Source: an uncultured Gemmiger sp.
GTDB taxonomy: Bacteria > Bacillota > Clostridia > Oscillospirales > Ruminococcaceae
NCBI GenBank assembly: GCA_944388245.1
Contig: CALXIA010000004.1
Coordinates: 14,900-78,899, forward strand
DNA length: 64,000 nt
Direction of reading: 5' to 3'
The notes beneath the pieces were generated by a model that did no database searches, was not told the DNA's origin, and worked only from the letters and a program-made list of their open reading frames with translations. Below, piece by piece: positions 1-9,485 of the stretch (position 1 is its first letter; each line of letters opens with the position of its first letter). The position numbers and the translations under genes were made by a program.

Positions 1-1036
1 CCAGGTCATCAACATGGCCGGCGGCGGCGACATGGTGGACATCATGTTCGGTGAGCTGGACTGGATCCCCACCCTGGAGGACGCGGGCCTGACCGTTCCG
101 GTGACCAGCGTGCTCACCGAGGAGTATCTGGCCGACTTCTATCCCAGCGTGCTGGACAGCTGCCGGGTAAACGGCGAGATCTACGGCCTGCCCATGTACA
201 TCAGCCCCTTCATCCTCTACTACAACAAGGACCTGTTTGAGCAGGCCGGCCTGGATCCCAACACCCCGCCCACCACCTACGACGAGATGCTGACCATGGC
301 CGAATCCCTGAGCAAGCTGACCACCGCCGACGGCAACCCGGTGTACCCCTTCGGCCAGACCACCGCCTCGGTGGCGGTGTCCGGCGCGGCGCTGACCGGC
401 ATGGTCTACAACTTCGGCGGCACCGTGCTGGATGAGAACGGCCAGCTGGCCACCGGCAACCAGGGCTTCAAGGACGCGTTCACCATGCTCCATACCCTGG
501 ATCAGAAGGGCTACAATCCCCAGAACTCCAAGCTGAAGGACCTGCGGCAGCTGTTCGCCACCGGCCAGCTGGCCATGTACTATGACCAGAGCTGGGGCTT
601 CAACGGCGTGAGCAGCATCAACCCCGACGCGGCCAGCTTCACCGCCAGCGCCCCCGCCCTCAAGGGCGGCAGCGGCAACGGCGCCTCCATCCTGCAGGGT
701 CAGGTGCTGCTGTACATGGACAACGGCGATCTGCAGCGGGAGGCCTGCCGCCTGCTGACCGAGTACATGCTGACCGAGGACGTGCTGGTGGACTACATCA
801 CCAACATCACCCCGGCCTACCCGGCCAAGCAGAGCATGGCCAATATGGAACTGAACCCGGTGCTGCAGGGCGCCGCCAGCTCCATTGACAACCTGTCCAG
901 CGCGCCCTTCGTGGCCGCCCAGGCGGACCTGAACCTGGAACTGTGCACCCTGGCCCAGGCGGTCACGGTGAGCGGCACCGACGTGGACACCGCCATCGCG
1001 TCCTTTGAGCAGACCGCCTCCGGCATGCTGGGATGA
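1..1036 (+). CDS. Sugar ABC transporter substrate-binding protein (5' end outside window)
   Basis: Motifs YGLP..LYYNKDLFEQAGLDP..PPTTYDE and FATGQLAM of CUT1 solute-binding proteins; no signal peptide visible, so the N-terminus is probably upstream; followed by two permeases. Confidence 0.9.
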   Translation, partial: QVINMAGGGDMVDIMFGELDWIPTLEDAGLTVPVTSVLTEEYLADFYPSVLDSCRVNGEIYGLPMYISPFILYYNKDLFEQAGLDPNTPPTTYDEMLTMAESLSKLTTADGNPVYPFGQTTASVAVSGAALTGMVYNFGGTVLDENGQLATGNQGFKDAFTMLHTLDQKGYNPQNSKLKDLRQLFATGQLAMYYDQSWGFNGVSSINPDAASFTASAPALKGGSGNGASILQGQVLLYMDNGDLQREACRLLTEYMLTEDVLVDYITNITPAYPAKQSMANMELNPVLQGAASSIDNLSSAPFVAAQADLNLELCTLAQAVTVSGTDVDTAIASFEQTASGMLG

Positions 1037-1203
1037 CCGTCTGCTGACAACCGCATAACGTACCATCACACCGGCGCGGCGGGCACCGCCCCCGCGCACC
1101 GGTCTTTGTGCCCGGGCGGGATAGATTCTGTGGCTATCCCGCCCGTTTTATCGAGATTTTGCCGCGCCCGGGGCCGGCCCGATCTACCAAGGGGGGTATT
1201 CCT

Positions 1204-2139
1204 ATGTCCACTTCCACGGCTGTACGGCAGCCACGCATGAAGCTGAAAAAAACCACCGGCGACCAGTTGTTCAGCCTGGCGCTGATCGCGCCCACCCTGC
1301 TGGTGACCATCGTCTTTATCATCGTGCCGGTGATCGACTCGGTGATCAAGAGCTTCACCGAGTACAAGATCAAGAACATCATCAGCGGCGCGCCCGGCGT
1401 CTGGAACAACTTTGAAAACTACATCAAATTGTTCCAGGGCGGCAAGCTCTGGCCCGCGGTGGCCCACACCCTGCTGTTCGTGGTGGGGGTCGTGGTGGCC
1501 CAGTTCGTGCTGGGCATGGCCCTGGCGGTGATCCTGAACACCGGGCTCAAGGGCGCCCGGTTCATCCGCAGCGTCATGATGATGCCCTGGGTGGTGCCCA
1601 CCATCATCTCGGCGCTGGTCTGGATGTGGATCTTCCAGCCCCAGTACGGCCTGCTCAAGTACGCGGTGGGCGTATTCACCGGCGGCGCCGTCTCCGATTT
1701 CGCCATCCTGAACGACCCGGGCACCGCCCTGCTGGGCGTGGCCATCGCCGCCTTGTGGAAACAGGTGCCCCTGACCACCCTGCTGCTGCTCAGCGGCCTG
1801 CAGAACGTGCCCGACGACATGTTGGAGGCCGCCACCATCGACGGCGCCTCCCGCTCCAAGAAGTTCTTCGCCATCGTGATCCCCTATATGAAGAGCGTCA
1901 TCAGCATCGTGGTGAGCATGGCCATCATCGAGAACTTCAAGCAGTTCCCCCTGATCTGGACCATGACCGGCGGCGGCCCCAGCGAGTCCACCACCACCCT
2001 GGCCATTTTGAGCTACCGGGAGGCCTTTGTCTCCAACAACCTGGGCAGCGGCGCGGCGGTCACCACCCTGTGGATGCTGCTGATGATCCTGGTGGTGGCC
2101 CTGTACCGCAAACTCTTCCAGGCGGAAGACATGAACTGA
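1204..2139 (+). CDS. Carbohydrate ABC transporter permease
   Basis: EAA loop EAATIDGAS, TGGGP motif, multiple TM helices; ATG 1204 after AAGGGGG. Confidence 0.92.
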   Translation: MSTSTAVRQPRMKLKKTTGDQLFSLALIAPTLLVTIVFIIVPVIDSVIKSFTEYKIKNIISGAPGVWNNFENYIKLFQGGKLWPAVAHTLLFVVGVVVAQFVLGMALAVILNTGLKGARFIRSVMMMPWVVPTIISALVWMWIFQPQYGLLKYAVGVFTGGAVSDFAILNDPGTALLGVAIAALWKQVPLTTLLLLSGLQNVPDDMLEAATIDGASRSKKFFAIVIPYMKSVISIVVSMAIIENFKQFPLIWTMTGGGPSESTTTLAILSYREAFVSNNLGSGAAVTTLWMLLMILVVALYRKLFQAEDMN

Positions 2140-2155
2140 GAGGAGGAAACGCGCC

Positions 2156-2995
2156 ATGAAAGAAAAAAATCTTCCGCTCTCGGTGGGCAAATGGGTGCTG
2201 CTGGCGGTCATCCTGTTCTTTTTGCTCTTTCCGCTGTACTGGGTGCTGGTGACCAGCTTCAAGACCAACATGGAGGCCTACCGGGCCACCCCCACCTTCT
2301 TCCCCGACGCCCCCACCGTGGAGAGCTACATCAAGCTGTTCACCGAGAACAACGACTTCTTCGTCTACTATAAAAACAACTTCATCGTGTCCGGCGTCAC
2401 CGCCCTGATCACCACCTGCCTGGCCATCCTGGCCGGCTACGGGCTGAGCCGTTTCCACTTCAAATGGAACGGCCTGGTGGTGGCCATCCTGCTGTCCAGC
2501 CAGATGTTCCCGGTGGTCAGCCGGATGATCAGCCTGTACGATCTGATGAACAAGATGAACCTGATCAACACCCTGCCCGGCCTGATCCTGGCGCTGACCG
2601 CCGCCATGCTGCCCTTCACCGTCATGCTCATGAGCAGCTTCTTCGACGGGGTGCCCACCGCCGTGGAGGAGGCCGCCTATGTGGACGGCGCGTCCCGGCT
2701 GGCGGTGCTGTGGAAGATCGTGGTGCCGCTGGTCAAGCCCGGTATGCTGGCGGTGGGCATCTACTCCTTCCTGATGACCTGGGACGATTACCTGCACTGC
2801 ATCACCCTGATCCAGAACGACGCGCTGCGCACCATGTCGGCCGGCGTGGCCATGCGGTATCTGGGCGAATTGAGTTACGACTGGAGCCTGATCAACACCA
2901 TCTCGATCATCGGCACCGTGCCCATGCTGCTGCTGTTCTTCTTCTTCCAGAAGTACATGGTCAAGGGCCTGGTGGCCGGCGCGGTCAAGGGCTGA
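2156..2995 (+). CDS. Carbohydrate ABC transporter permease
   Basis: EEAAYVDGAS loop, C-terminal FQKYMVKGLVAGAVKG; AGGAGG RBS. Confidence 0.92.
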   Translation: MKEKNLPLSVGKWVLLAVILFFLLFPLYWVLVTSFKTNMEAYRATPTFFPDAPTVESYIKLFTENNDFFVYYKNNFIVSGVTALITTCLAILAGYGLSRFHFKWNGLVVAILLSSQMFPVVSRMISLYDLMNKMNLINTLPGLILALTAAMLPFTVMLMSSFFDGVPTAVEEAAYVDGASRLAVLWKIVVPLVKPGMLAVGIYSFLMTWDDYLHCITLIQNDALRTMSAGVAMRYLGELSYDWSLINTISIIGTVPMLLLFFFFQKYMVKGLVAGAVKG

Positions 2996-3032
2996 TCCGT
3001 CATACTGCGAGCGTTAAGGAGGAACAAACGCC

Positions 3033-3884
3033 ATGCTTACCAATAACCTGGACCTGCTGCAGCGGGCCTCCCGGGAGGGGTTCGCCATCCCGGCCATCAA
3101 CACCCAGGGCGGCAACTACGACATCATCTGGGCCTGCTGCCAGGCCGCCCAGAACCTGCGCAGCCCCATCATCCTGGCCCACTATGTGTCCACCGGGGCC
3201 TACTCCGGCAACGACTTCTTTGTGGAGGTGGCCAAGTGGTGCGCCAACAAGGTGGACGTGCCGGTGTCCATCCATCTGGACCACGGGGACGGCTTTCCCA
3301 TCTGCATGGAGGCGCTGCGGCTGGGCTTCACCAGCGTGATGATCGACGGCTCCACCCATCCCATCGAGGAGAACGCCGCTATGACCAATGAAGTCATCAA
3401 GGTGGCCCGGTGCTTCGGGGTGCCGGTGGAGGCCGAGATCGGGGAACTGCTGCGGCTGGACAACGGCGTGCCCCTGGAGAACAAGAACATCGTGGACCCG
3501 GAAGAGGTGCGCCGGTTCCTCTCCCTGTGCCAGCCGGACACCCTGGCCATCGGCATCGGCAACGCCCACGGCTACTACAAGGGCAAGCCGGACATCCACC
3601 TGGAGGTGCTGGAGGCGGTGCGCCGCTTCACCGACATCCCGCTGGTGTTGCACGGCTGCACCGGCATGGAGGAGAGCGTCATCCGGGACGCCATCAAGCT
3701 GGGGGTGGCCAAGATCAACTTCGGCACCGAGATCCGCTACAAGTACGTGCAGCACTACCAGGAGGCGCTGGAACAGCTGAACCACCAGGGCCATTCCTGG
3801 AAGCTGAGCCAGTTCGCCAACGCGGCGCTGACCAAGGACGTGGAGAACATCATCCGGCTGTCCGGCTCCGCCGGCACCGTATAA
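3033..3884 (+). CDS. Class II ketose-bisphosphate aldolase (fructose/tagatose-bisphosphate family)
   Basis: HLDHG, SVMIDGS, VEAEIG, GNAHG, LVLHG and KINFGT motifs. Confidence 0.92.
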   Translation: MLTNNLDLLQRASREGFAIPAINTQGGNYDIIWACCQAAQNLRSPIILAHYVSTGAYSGNDFFVEVAKWCANKVDVPVSIHLDHGDGFPICMEALRLGFTSVMIDGSTHPIEENAAMTNEVIKVARCFGVPVEAEIGELLRLDNGVPLENKNIVDPEEVRRFLSLCQPDTLAIGIGNAHGYYKGKPDIHLEVLEAVRRFTDIPLVLHGCTGMEESVIRDAIKLGVAKINFGTEIRYKYVQHYQEALEQLNHQGHSWKLSQFANAALTKDVENIIRLSGSAGTV

Positions 3885-3911
3885 CCGAACAAGGCGGGGA
3901 GGCTAAAGATC

Positions 3912-5261
3912 ATGAAACACAAACTGAACGTGGGATTTCTCGTCACCCTGTCCGGCCGCTGGCCCCGGGAACTGCCCGAGCGCCGTCTGGCCGACTACGG
4001 GGCCTGGATGAAGGAGAACCTGCCCGGCTGCTGCACCCTCACCGCCTTTGAGCGGGTGGTCTGCACCCGGGCCGACATGGAGGAATGTGCCGCCGCCTTC
4101 GCCGCGGCCGGCGTGGACCTGGTGGTGCTGCTGTACGGCGCCTTCACCGGGGACGACATCGCCTGCGGCCTGGCCGACCGGCTGCACAAGCCCATGATCC
4201 TGTGGGCACCCCGGGAGGAGCAGTGGGTCCGGCAGGACCGGCTCTACGCCAACGCGCTGTGCTGCGCCACCATGAACGGCGCGGCCCTCAAGCGGATCGG
4301 CGCGCCCGCCCGCATCCTCTACGGCAACAAGGAGGAGGAACGGGTGCAAAAGGAGCTGTTCGCGGAGCTCACCGCCCAGGCTCTGGTGCGCAGCATGCGG
4401 GGGCTGACCTTCGGGCTGTTCGGCTACCGGGTCACCGCCTTCTACAACTGCGCCTTTGACGAGGTGACCATCCGCCGCACCTTCGGCATCGACATGGAGG
4501 AGACCGACCTGAAGGTGGTGTTCGACCGGATGGCCGCTCTGCCCTGGAGCCAGGTGGAGGAGGAGATGAAGCGGGTGAGCGACGCCTGGGACACCACCGC
4601 CTTGCCGGACGGCCATCTGGAAAACCACGCCCGGCTGTACCTGGTATTGAAGGAGCTGATGCCCGCCCAGGGCTACGACTACGCCGCCATCAAGTGCTGG
4701 CCCGAGATGGGCAACCTGCACACCACCCCCTGCGCGGCGCTGGGCCGGCTGGCGGACGAGGGGCTGTCCATCGCCTGCGAGGCGGACATCGACGCGGGCC
4801 TGGCCGGGGTGATGCAGAACCAGCTGACCGGCCTGCCCACCTTTGTGACCGACCTGATCAACCTGGACGAGACCGCCAACACCGTGACCTTCTGGCACTG
4901 CGGCAACGCCGCCCCCAGCCTGCACGACGAGCGGGACGGGGTCACCGTCTGCAACCACCCGCTGCTGGGGCAGGGCGCGGCCTTCTGGTGCGCGCTGAAA
5001 GAGGGCCCCATCACCGCGGCCCGGCTCTCCAACATCGACGGCCAGTACCGGCTGTTTTTGCTGAGCGGCAAGGGGGTGCGCACGGTGCGCAACACCCGGG
5101 GCTGCATGGTGAACGTGCAGGTGGAAACCCCCGTGCTGGAACTGGTGCAGAAGATCGCGGACAGCGGCATGGCCCACCACTACAGCCTGGTCTGGGCCGA
5201 CGTGGCCGACCAGCTGGCCCGCGCCGCCCAGATCCTGAACATCCCGGTGATCCGGCTGTAA
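3912..5261 (+). CDS. L-fucose/L-arabinose isomerase family protein
   Basis: AIKCWPE, ACEAD, FWHCG and C-terminal HHY metal-binding motifs. Confidence 0.8.
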   Translation: MKHKLNVGFLVTLSGRWPRELPERRLADYGAWMKENLPGCCTLTAFERVVCTRADMEECAAAFAAAGVDLVVLLYGAFTGDDIACGLADRLHKPMILWAPREEQWVRQDRLYANALCCATMNGAALKRIGAPARILYGNKEEERVQKELFAELTAQALVRSMRGLTFGLFGYRVTAFYNCAFDEVTIRRTFGIDMEETDLKVVFDRMAALPWSQVEEEMKRVSDAWDTTALPDGHLENHARLYLVLKELMPAQGYDYAAIKCWPEMGNLHTTPCAALGRLADEGLSIACEADIDAGLAGVMQNQLTGLPTFVTDLINLDETANTVTFWHCGNAAPSLHDERDGVTVCNHPLLGQGAAFWCALKEGPITAARLSNIDGQYRLFLLSGKGVRTVRNTRGCMVNVQVETPVLELVQKIADSGMAHHYSLVWADVADQLARAAQILNIPVIRL

Positions 5262-5381
5262 AACAAGGAAAGGAGGGTGCCGTATGGGCCCGCGTTTTGA
5301 TCCTTCCGACCAGCGCCGCCCGGCCGCCCGTGTGACCGTTTTCGGCGGCTCTGCCGCCCGTTGCTGAAAGGAGAACCCTGT

Positions 5382-6443
5382 ATGGAAAAGAAAAACAGCG
5401 CCCTGACCTACGCCGAGATCTACGGCCAGGCCGATTCCTTTGCCGCCATCAACGCCACCCTGCCCGCCATCCAGGCCACCCTGGATCAGGTGTTTGCCGA
5501 GAACTACGACGAGCTGATCTTCACCGGCTGCGGCACCAGCCTCTACCTGGCCCAGACCGCCGCCCACATCTTCAGCGAGTTCAACGACGTCCCCGCCCGG
5601 GCGGTCTGCTGCAGCGAGCTGTACTTCTTCCCCGGCGTGTATGTAAAGCCGGGCCGCAAGGTGCTGGTGCTGCCCATCACCCGCAAAAGCTACACCACCG
5701 AGGTGCGGATGGCCATCGACAAGGTGCGCAGCCTGCCCGGGGTCAAGACCCTGGCCATCACCTGCGACGCGGACAGCCGCCTGTACAACGACGCCTACAT
5801 CCTGAGCCCCGAGACCGCCGAGGACAGCGTGATCATGACCCGCAGCTTCACCAGCATGGTCTACCTGGCCTGCGTGCTGAGCCTGCATGTGGCGGGCAGA
5901 AAAGAGGAGCTGGCCAGCCTGGCCGCCTATCCGGACCACGCCCGCCGGTTGCTGAAGGCCACCGACGAGCTGGCCCGCACCATCGTGGCGGAGCATCCGG
6001 AGCTGAACCTGTACATCACCCTGGGCCAGGGCGAATACTACGGCGTGGCCAACGAGTGCATGAACAAGATGAAGGAGATGGGCATCGCCAACAGCGAGGC
6101 CTACTACAGCCTGGAGTACCGCCACGGGCCCATGAGCCTGGTGGACGACAAGACCCTGCTGGTGACCCTGGCCCATCCCGCCACCATGAAGGAGGACGCG
6201 GCCCTGCTGACCCAGATGAACGGATACGGCGGGGTGACGGTGGCCATCGGGGAGGGCGTGACCCAGGCCATGCCGGACGCGGCCTATCACCTGGAACTGG
6301 GCTGCGGCTACGACGCGGCCCGCAGCGCGGCGCTGATCGGGCTGATCGGCCAGTTCCTGGGCTACTACATCGCGGAGAAGAAGGGCATCGACGCGGACAG
6401 CCCCCGGCACCTGACCCAGGCCATCGTGCTGGACGAGAAATAA
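5382..6443 (+). CDS. SIS-domain sugar-phosphate isomerase/deaminase/deglycase (AgaS/FrlB/GlmS-C-like)
   Basis: EIYGQ, FTGCGTS, TRSFT, KMKEM, EYRHGP and DSPRHL motifs; AAAGGAG RBS before ATG 5382. Confidence 0.88.
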   Translation: MEKKNSALTYAEIYGQADSFAAINATLPAIQATLDQVFAENYDELIFTGCGTSLYLAQTAAHIFSEFNDVPARAVCCSELYFFPGVYVKPGRKVLVLPITRKSYTTEVRMAIDKVRSLPGVKTLAITCDADSRLYNDAYILSPETAEDSVIMTRSFTSMVYLACVLSLHVAGRKEELASLAAYPDHARRLLKATDELARTIVAEHPELNLYITLGQGEYYGVANECMNKMKEMGIANSEAYYSLEYRHGPMSLVDDKTLLVTLAHPATMKEDAALLTQMNGYGGVTVAIGEGVTQAMPDAAYHLELGCGYDAARSAALIGLIGQFLGYYIAEKKGIDADSPRHLTQAIVLDEK

Positions 6444-6479
6444 GCCCCCCCGCGGCGTCTGCCGCGCGGCATAACACAG

Positions 6480-6527
6480 ACCGGCGGGGCCGGGACGCAG
6501 GTTTCGCGTCCCGGCCCCGCCGGTTTT
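6480..6527. terminator. Hairpin terminator between convergent SIS gene and spoVAE
   Basis: ACCGGCGGGGCCGGGACGC-loop-GCGTCCCGGCCCCGCCGGT followed by TTT. Confidence 0.75.
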
Positions 6528-6883
6528 CAGTTCTGGTCCCGGCTTTTGGTCAGCAGGCTGGCGGCCAGGCCGGTGAGCAGGCTGGCGGTCACCCCGGCCG
6601 CGCAGGCCGCGCCGCCGCCGGTCAGCGCGCCCAGCAGGCCCTGTTCCTCCACCGCCCGTTTCACCCCCTGGGCCAGCAGGTGGCCGAAGCCGGTCAGCGG
6701 CACGGTGGCGCCGGCGCCCGCCAGCTCCACCAGCGGGCCGTACAGACCCACCGCGCTCAGCGCCACGCCGCTCACCACATACAGCACCAGCACCCGCGCC
6801 GGGGTCAGCTTGGTCAGGTCGATCAGCAGCTGCCCGATCACGCACAGCCCGCCGCCGACCAGGAACGCCCACAGATAACGCAT
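6527..6883 (-). CDS. spoVAE: Stage V sporulation protein AE (SpoVAEb type)
   Basis: YLWAFLVGGGLCVIGQLLID and AGAGATVPLTGFG motifs; downstream of spoVAC-spoVAD. Confidence 0.92.
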   Translation of the reverse strand: MRYLWAFLVGGGLCVIGQLLIDLTKLTPARVLVLYVVSGVALSAVGLYGPLVELAGAGATVPLTGFGHLLAQGVKRAVEEQGLLGALTGGGAACAAGVTASLLTGLAASLLTKSRDQN

Positions 6884-6905
6884 AGGTTCACCTCGATCGT
6901 ATTGG

Positions 6906-7175
6906 GCCAATCTGGGGGAGACAACGTCTCCCCCAGACCCCCGGGAACAGCGGGACGAAATTTCGTCCCGCGGGAAAATGGATTTGTAAGGACGTATTGG
7001 CGTATTTGATTCCCAAGCGGGCCAAGATATTGGCCCGCTTGATGGGGGATGGGGGGCGGGTCCGCGAAGCGGCCGGGTCTCCGGTGGAGACCCGGACCGG
7101 CGGGGCGGTCGGCGCAGCCGGGCGGGCGCATCGTTGCCGCGCCCGCAGCCCCGAGTTTATTCCCCCCATATTGGC
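6906..7175. repeat. Modular palindromic element E1 (full length, nested module in right terminal hairpin)
   Basis: GCCAAT-CTGGGGGAGAC-AAC-GTCTCCCCCAG-ACCCC left end; hairpins at 6950-6971 and 7014-7041; right end CCCCCCAT-ATTGGC. Confidence 0.85.
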
Positions 7176-7179
7176 TATA

Positions 7180-8196
7180 TTAATCCACCGGCGCGGTCAG
7201 TTCTACAAGATGGGCCACGCAGGGGATGCTCTCCCCCTGCAGCAGGGTGGTGGTGCTCATGAGCGCGCCGGTGCAGACCAGCAGCACCCGCCGCATTTTT
7301 CCGGTTTGCAGCGCCGGCAGGATATGGGCCGCCAGCACGCTGGCCGCGCAGCCCGCGCCGCTGCCGCCCGCGCCGGTCTGCTGGGTCTCGCGGTCGTAGA
7401 GCAGCAGGCCGCAGTCCCGGTGGCGGTCGGCCAGGTCCACCCCCTCGCCCTCCAGCAGCCGGGCCAGCAGTTCGCTGCCCACGATCCCCAGATCGCCGGT
7501 ATACACCCCGTCGTAGTCGGCGGGGGCGCAGCGGTTGTCCAGAAAAAACCGGTACAGGGTCTCGGCGGCGGCCGGGGCCATCGCCCCGCCCATGTTGGTG
7601 CCGTCCTTCACCGAGGGGTCCCGCACCCGGCCGAAGGCCGCCGCCGTCAGCCGCACCTGCCCGGGCCGGGCACGGCCGCTCACCAGGCAGGCCCCCGCGC
7701 CGGTGGCGGTCCACTGGGCGGTGGGGGTGCGCTTGCCCCCGTAGTTCAGCGGGGTGCGGAACTGCCGTTCCGCCGCGCAGAAGTGGCTGCTGGTCATGGC
7801 CAGCACCCGCCGCGCCGCCCCGCCCGCCGTCAGGCATCCCGCCAGGGCCAGCGTTTCCGCCATGGTGGAACAGGCCCCGTACACCCCCGCGAAGGGCACG
7901 TCCAGACCCCGGAAGGTGTAGGCGGTGGCGGTGCACTGGCTCTGCAGATCCCCGCCCAGCGCCAGGTCGATCTGCGGCAGGGTGACGTCCGCCTTTTGCA
8001 GCAGCAGCTCGGCGCAGTGGCGCTGCAGGGTGCTCTCGGCCTGTTCCCAGGTCTCCTCGCCCAGCCGGTTGTCGGTGAACAGCAGGTCGAACCCGGCGGC
8101 CAGCGGGCCGTCCGCCTCCTTCTTGCCGCCCACCGCCGCCCAGGCCTCGACGCCCGGCGGGCAGGCGAACCGGACGGTGTCCCCGACACGGGTCAC
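7180..8196 (-). CDS. spoVAD: Stage V sporulation protein AD
   Basis: GKKEADGPL, YGACSTMAE, SSHFCAAERQFRTP, GGSGAGC and GESIP motifs; GTG start overlaps the spoVAC stop (GTGA). Confidence 0.92.
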   Translation of the reverse strand: MTRVGDTVRFACPPGVEAWAAVGGKKEADGPLAAGFDLLFTDNRLGEETWEQAESTLQRHCAELLLQKADVTLPQIDLALGGDLQSQCTATAYTFRGLDVPFAGVYGACSTMAETLALAGCLTAGGAARRVLAMTSSHFCAAERQFRTPLNYGGKRTPTAQWTATGAGACLVSGRARPGQVRLTAAAFGRVRDPSVKDGTNMGGAMAPAAAETLYRFFLDNRCAPADYDGVYTGDLGIVGSELLARLLEGEGVDLADRHRDCGLLLYDRETQQTGAGGSGAGCAASVLAAHILPALQTGKMRRVLLVCTGALMSTTTLLQGESIPCVAHLVELTAPVD

Positions 8197-8648
8197 AGCA
8201 TCCAGGGCCGGATCAGCCACCAGATCACCCCCCATACCGCCGAGGCCAGCAGCCCGTACACCAGCACCGGCCCGGCAATGCTGAACATCCGCGCCCCCAC
8301 GCCGGTGACCAGCCCCTCGCACCGGAACTCGATCGCCGGGCTCACCACCGCGTTGGCGAACCCGGTGATGGGCACCAGGGTGCCCGCTCCCGCCCGGGTC
8401 GCCAGTTTCTGGTACCAGCCCAGGCCGGTCAGCGCCCCGCTGGCCGCGATCAGGGTGGCGCTGGTCAGCGCGCCCGCGTCGCTCAAGGTATGCCCCGCCG
8501 CCAGCCAGGCGGCGCGCACCCCCTCGCCCAGCAGGCAGATGCCGCCGCCCACAAAAAACGCCCACAGGAAGTCCCGCAGCAGCGGCGAGCGGGGACACAC
8601 CTGTTTCAGCAGCCGGGCGTACTGTTCCTTGTCCGGTTTCAATGCCAT
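8193..8648 (-). CDS. spoVAC: Stage V sporulation protein AC
   Basis: AFFVGGGIC, GAGTLVPITGFANAVVSPAIEF and MFSIAGPVLVYG motifs. Confidence 0.95.
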   Translation of the reverse strand: MALKPDKEQYARLLKQVCPRSPLLRDFLWAFFVGGGICLLGEGVRAAWLAAGHTLSDAGALTSATLIAASGALTGLGWYQKLATRAGAGTLVPITGFANAVVSPAIEFRCEGLVTGVGARMFSIAGPVLVYGLLASAVWGVIWWLIRPWML

Positions 8649-8673
8649 CCCTCCCGGAAAAATTCACTGGGTT

Positions 8674-8703
8674 CAGTGTGCCCGGACCGGGGCGGCATTA
8701 TGC
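8674..8703 (-). promoter_or_regulatory. Sigma-G-like promoter of the spoVA operon
   Basis: Minus strand GCATA-N18-CACACTG matches the sigma-G consensus GHATA-N18-CATACTA. Confidence 0.6.
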
Positions 8704-8753
8704 GGGCGGGCAAAACAGACCCGGCGCGCCCGCAAAGGGCGCGCCGGGTAATG

Positions 8754-9329
8754 TTATTGCGGCAGATACCACCAGGAGTTGAACTGGTACAGATAGGTGC
8801 GGGCGCCGCGGGGCATCTGGGTCAGGGCGTTGAAGACGTTCAGATAGTCGCCGGCGCCTACGCTCAGGGAGGTCGCGCCCCAGATCAGCAGAAAATACAG
8901 CCGGGGAAAGGCCATCCCCAACAGGTAGGGCGCCAGCCCGAACACCAGATTGGGCAGCAGGCTCATGAGCACGAACCGGCCCCGGGACATGTCCTCCGGC
9001 CCCACCACGAAGAGCATCCCCTGCCGCCAGTTGGTGTACAGGTACACGTCCTTTTTGAAACAGACCGCGTGGAGCAGCTCGTGGGGAAACAGGATGGCCA
9101 TGCCCAGCAGCCAGCCCAGGAGGAACTGTACAAAACTGTAATGGGCGCCGCCCCGCAGAGCGGCCGCCGCCAGCAGCACCACCAGCAGCGCCAGCGCGAT
9201 GCCGTTGGCGAGCATCGCCAGTTTTTTGGGGTCCTGCGGCTCTTTGAAGGGCACCGCGCCGGGCTTGTGTTCGCCGTGGGGCAGGGTGGACGGGTCGCCG
9301 GAAAACCGGCCCATGTAATGCAGTTTCAT
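8754..9329 (-). CDS. DUF3267-like membrane zinc metallopeptidase
   Basis: HELLH within TM context, LLPN and GAGDY motifs; AAGGAG RBS. Confidence 0.75.
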   Translation of the reverse strand: MKLHYMGRFSGDPSTLPHGEHKPGAVPFKEPQDPKKLAMLANGIALALLVVLLAAAALRGGAHYSFVQFLLGWLLGMAILFPHELLHAVCFKKDVYLYTNWRQGMLFVVGPEDMSRGRFVLMSLLPNLVFGLAPYLLGMAFPRLYFLLIWGATSLSVGAGDYLNVFNALTQMPRGARTYLYQFNSWWYLPQ

Positions 9330-9415
9330 GGAACGCTCCTTTGGTTTGATGGTTCTACTATACCAAAAATCCCGCCCCGGGGCAAGCCGGGACGGGAACG
9401 TATACAAAATCCCCT

Positions 9416-9481
9416 CATGGCCGGAGGATTCCGGCCATGATTCCGGGGGTATGGGGGAATCGTTGATTCCCCCATATTGGC
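9416..9481 (-). repeat. Modular palindromic element E2 (half element)
   Basis: CATGGCCGGA-GGAT-TCCGGCCATG, then GGGGGT-ATGGGGGAATC-GTT-GATTCCCCCAT-ATTGGC. Confidence 0.8.
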
Positions 9482-9485
9482 CCAT

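Noticed and set aside
3903-6872. Very long ORFs antisense to or overlapping real genes (also 16132-18909, 29973-32948, 43991-47479, 54338-56593)
   Set aside because: Shadow frames expected in high-GC DNA; no recognisable motifs or RBS, and they lie opposite well-supported genes
7180-8667. Apparent 495-aa SpoVAD with a long N-terminal extension
   Set aside because: The extension overlaps spoVAC out of frame; the GTG at 8196 coupled to the spoVAC stop gives a normal-length protein
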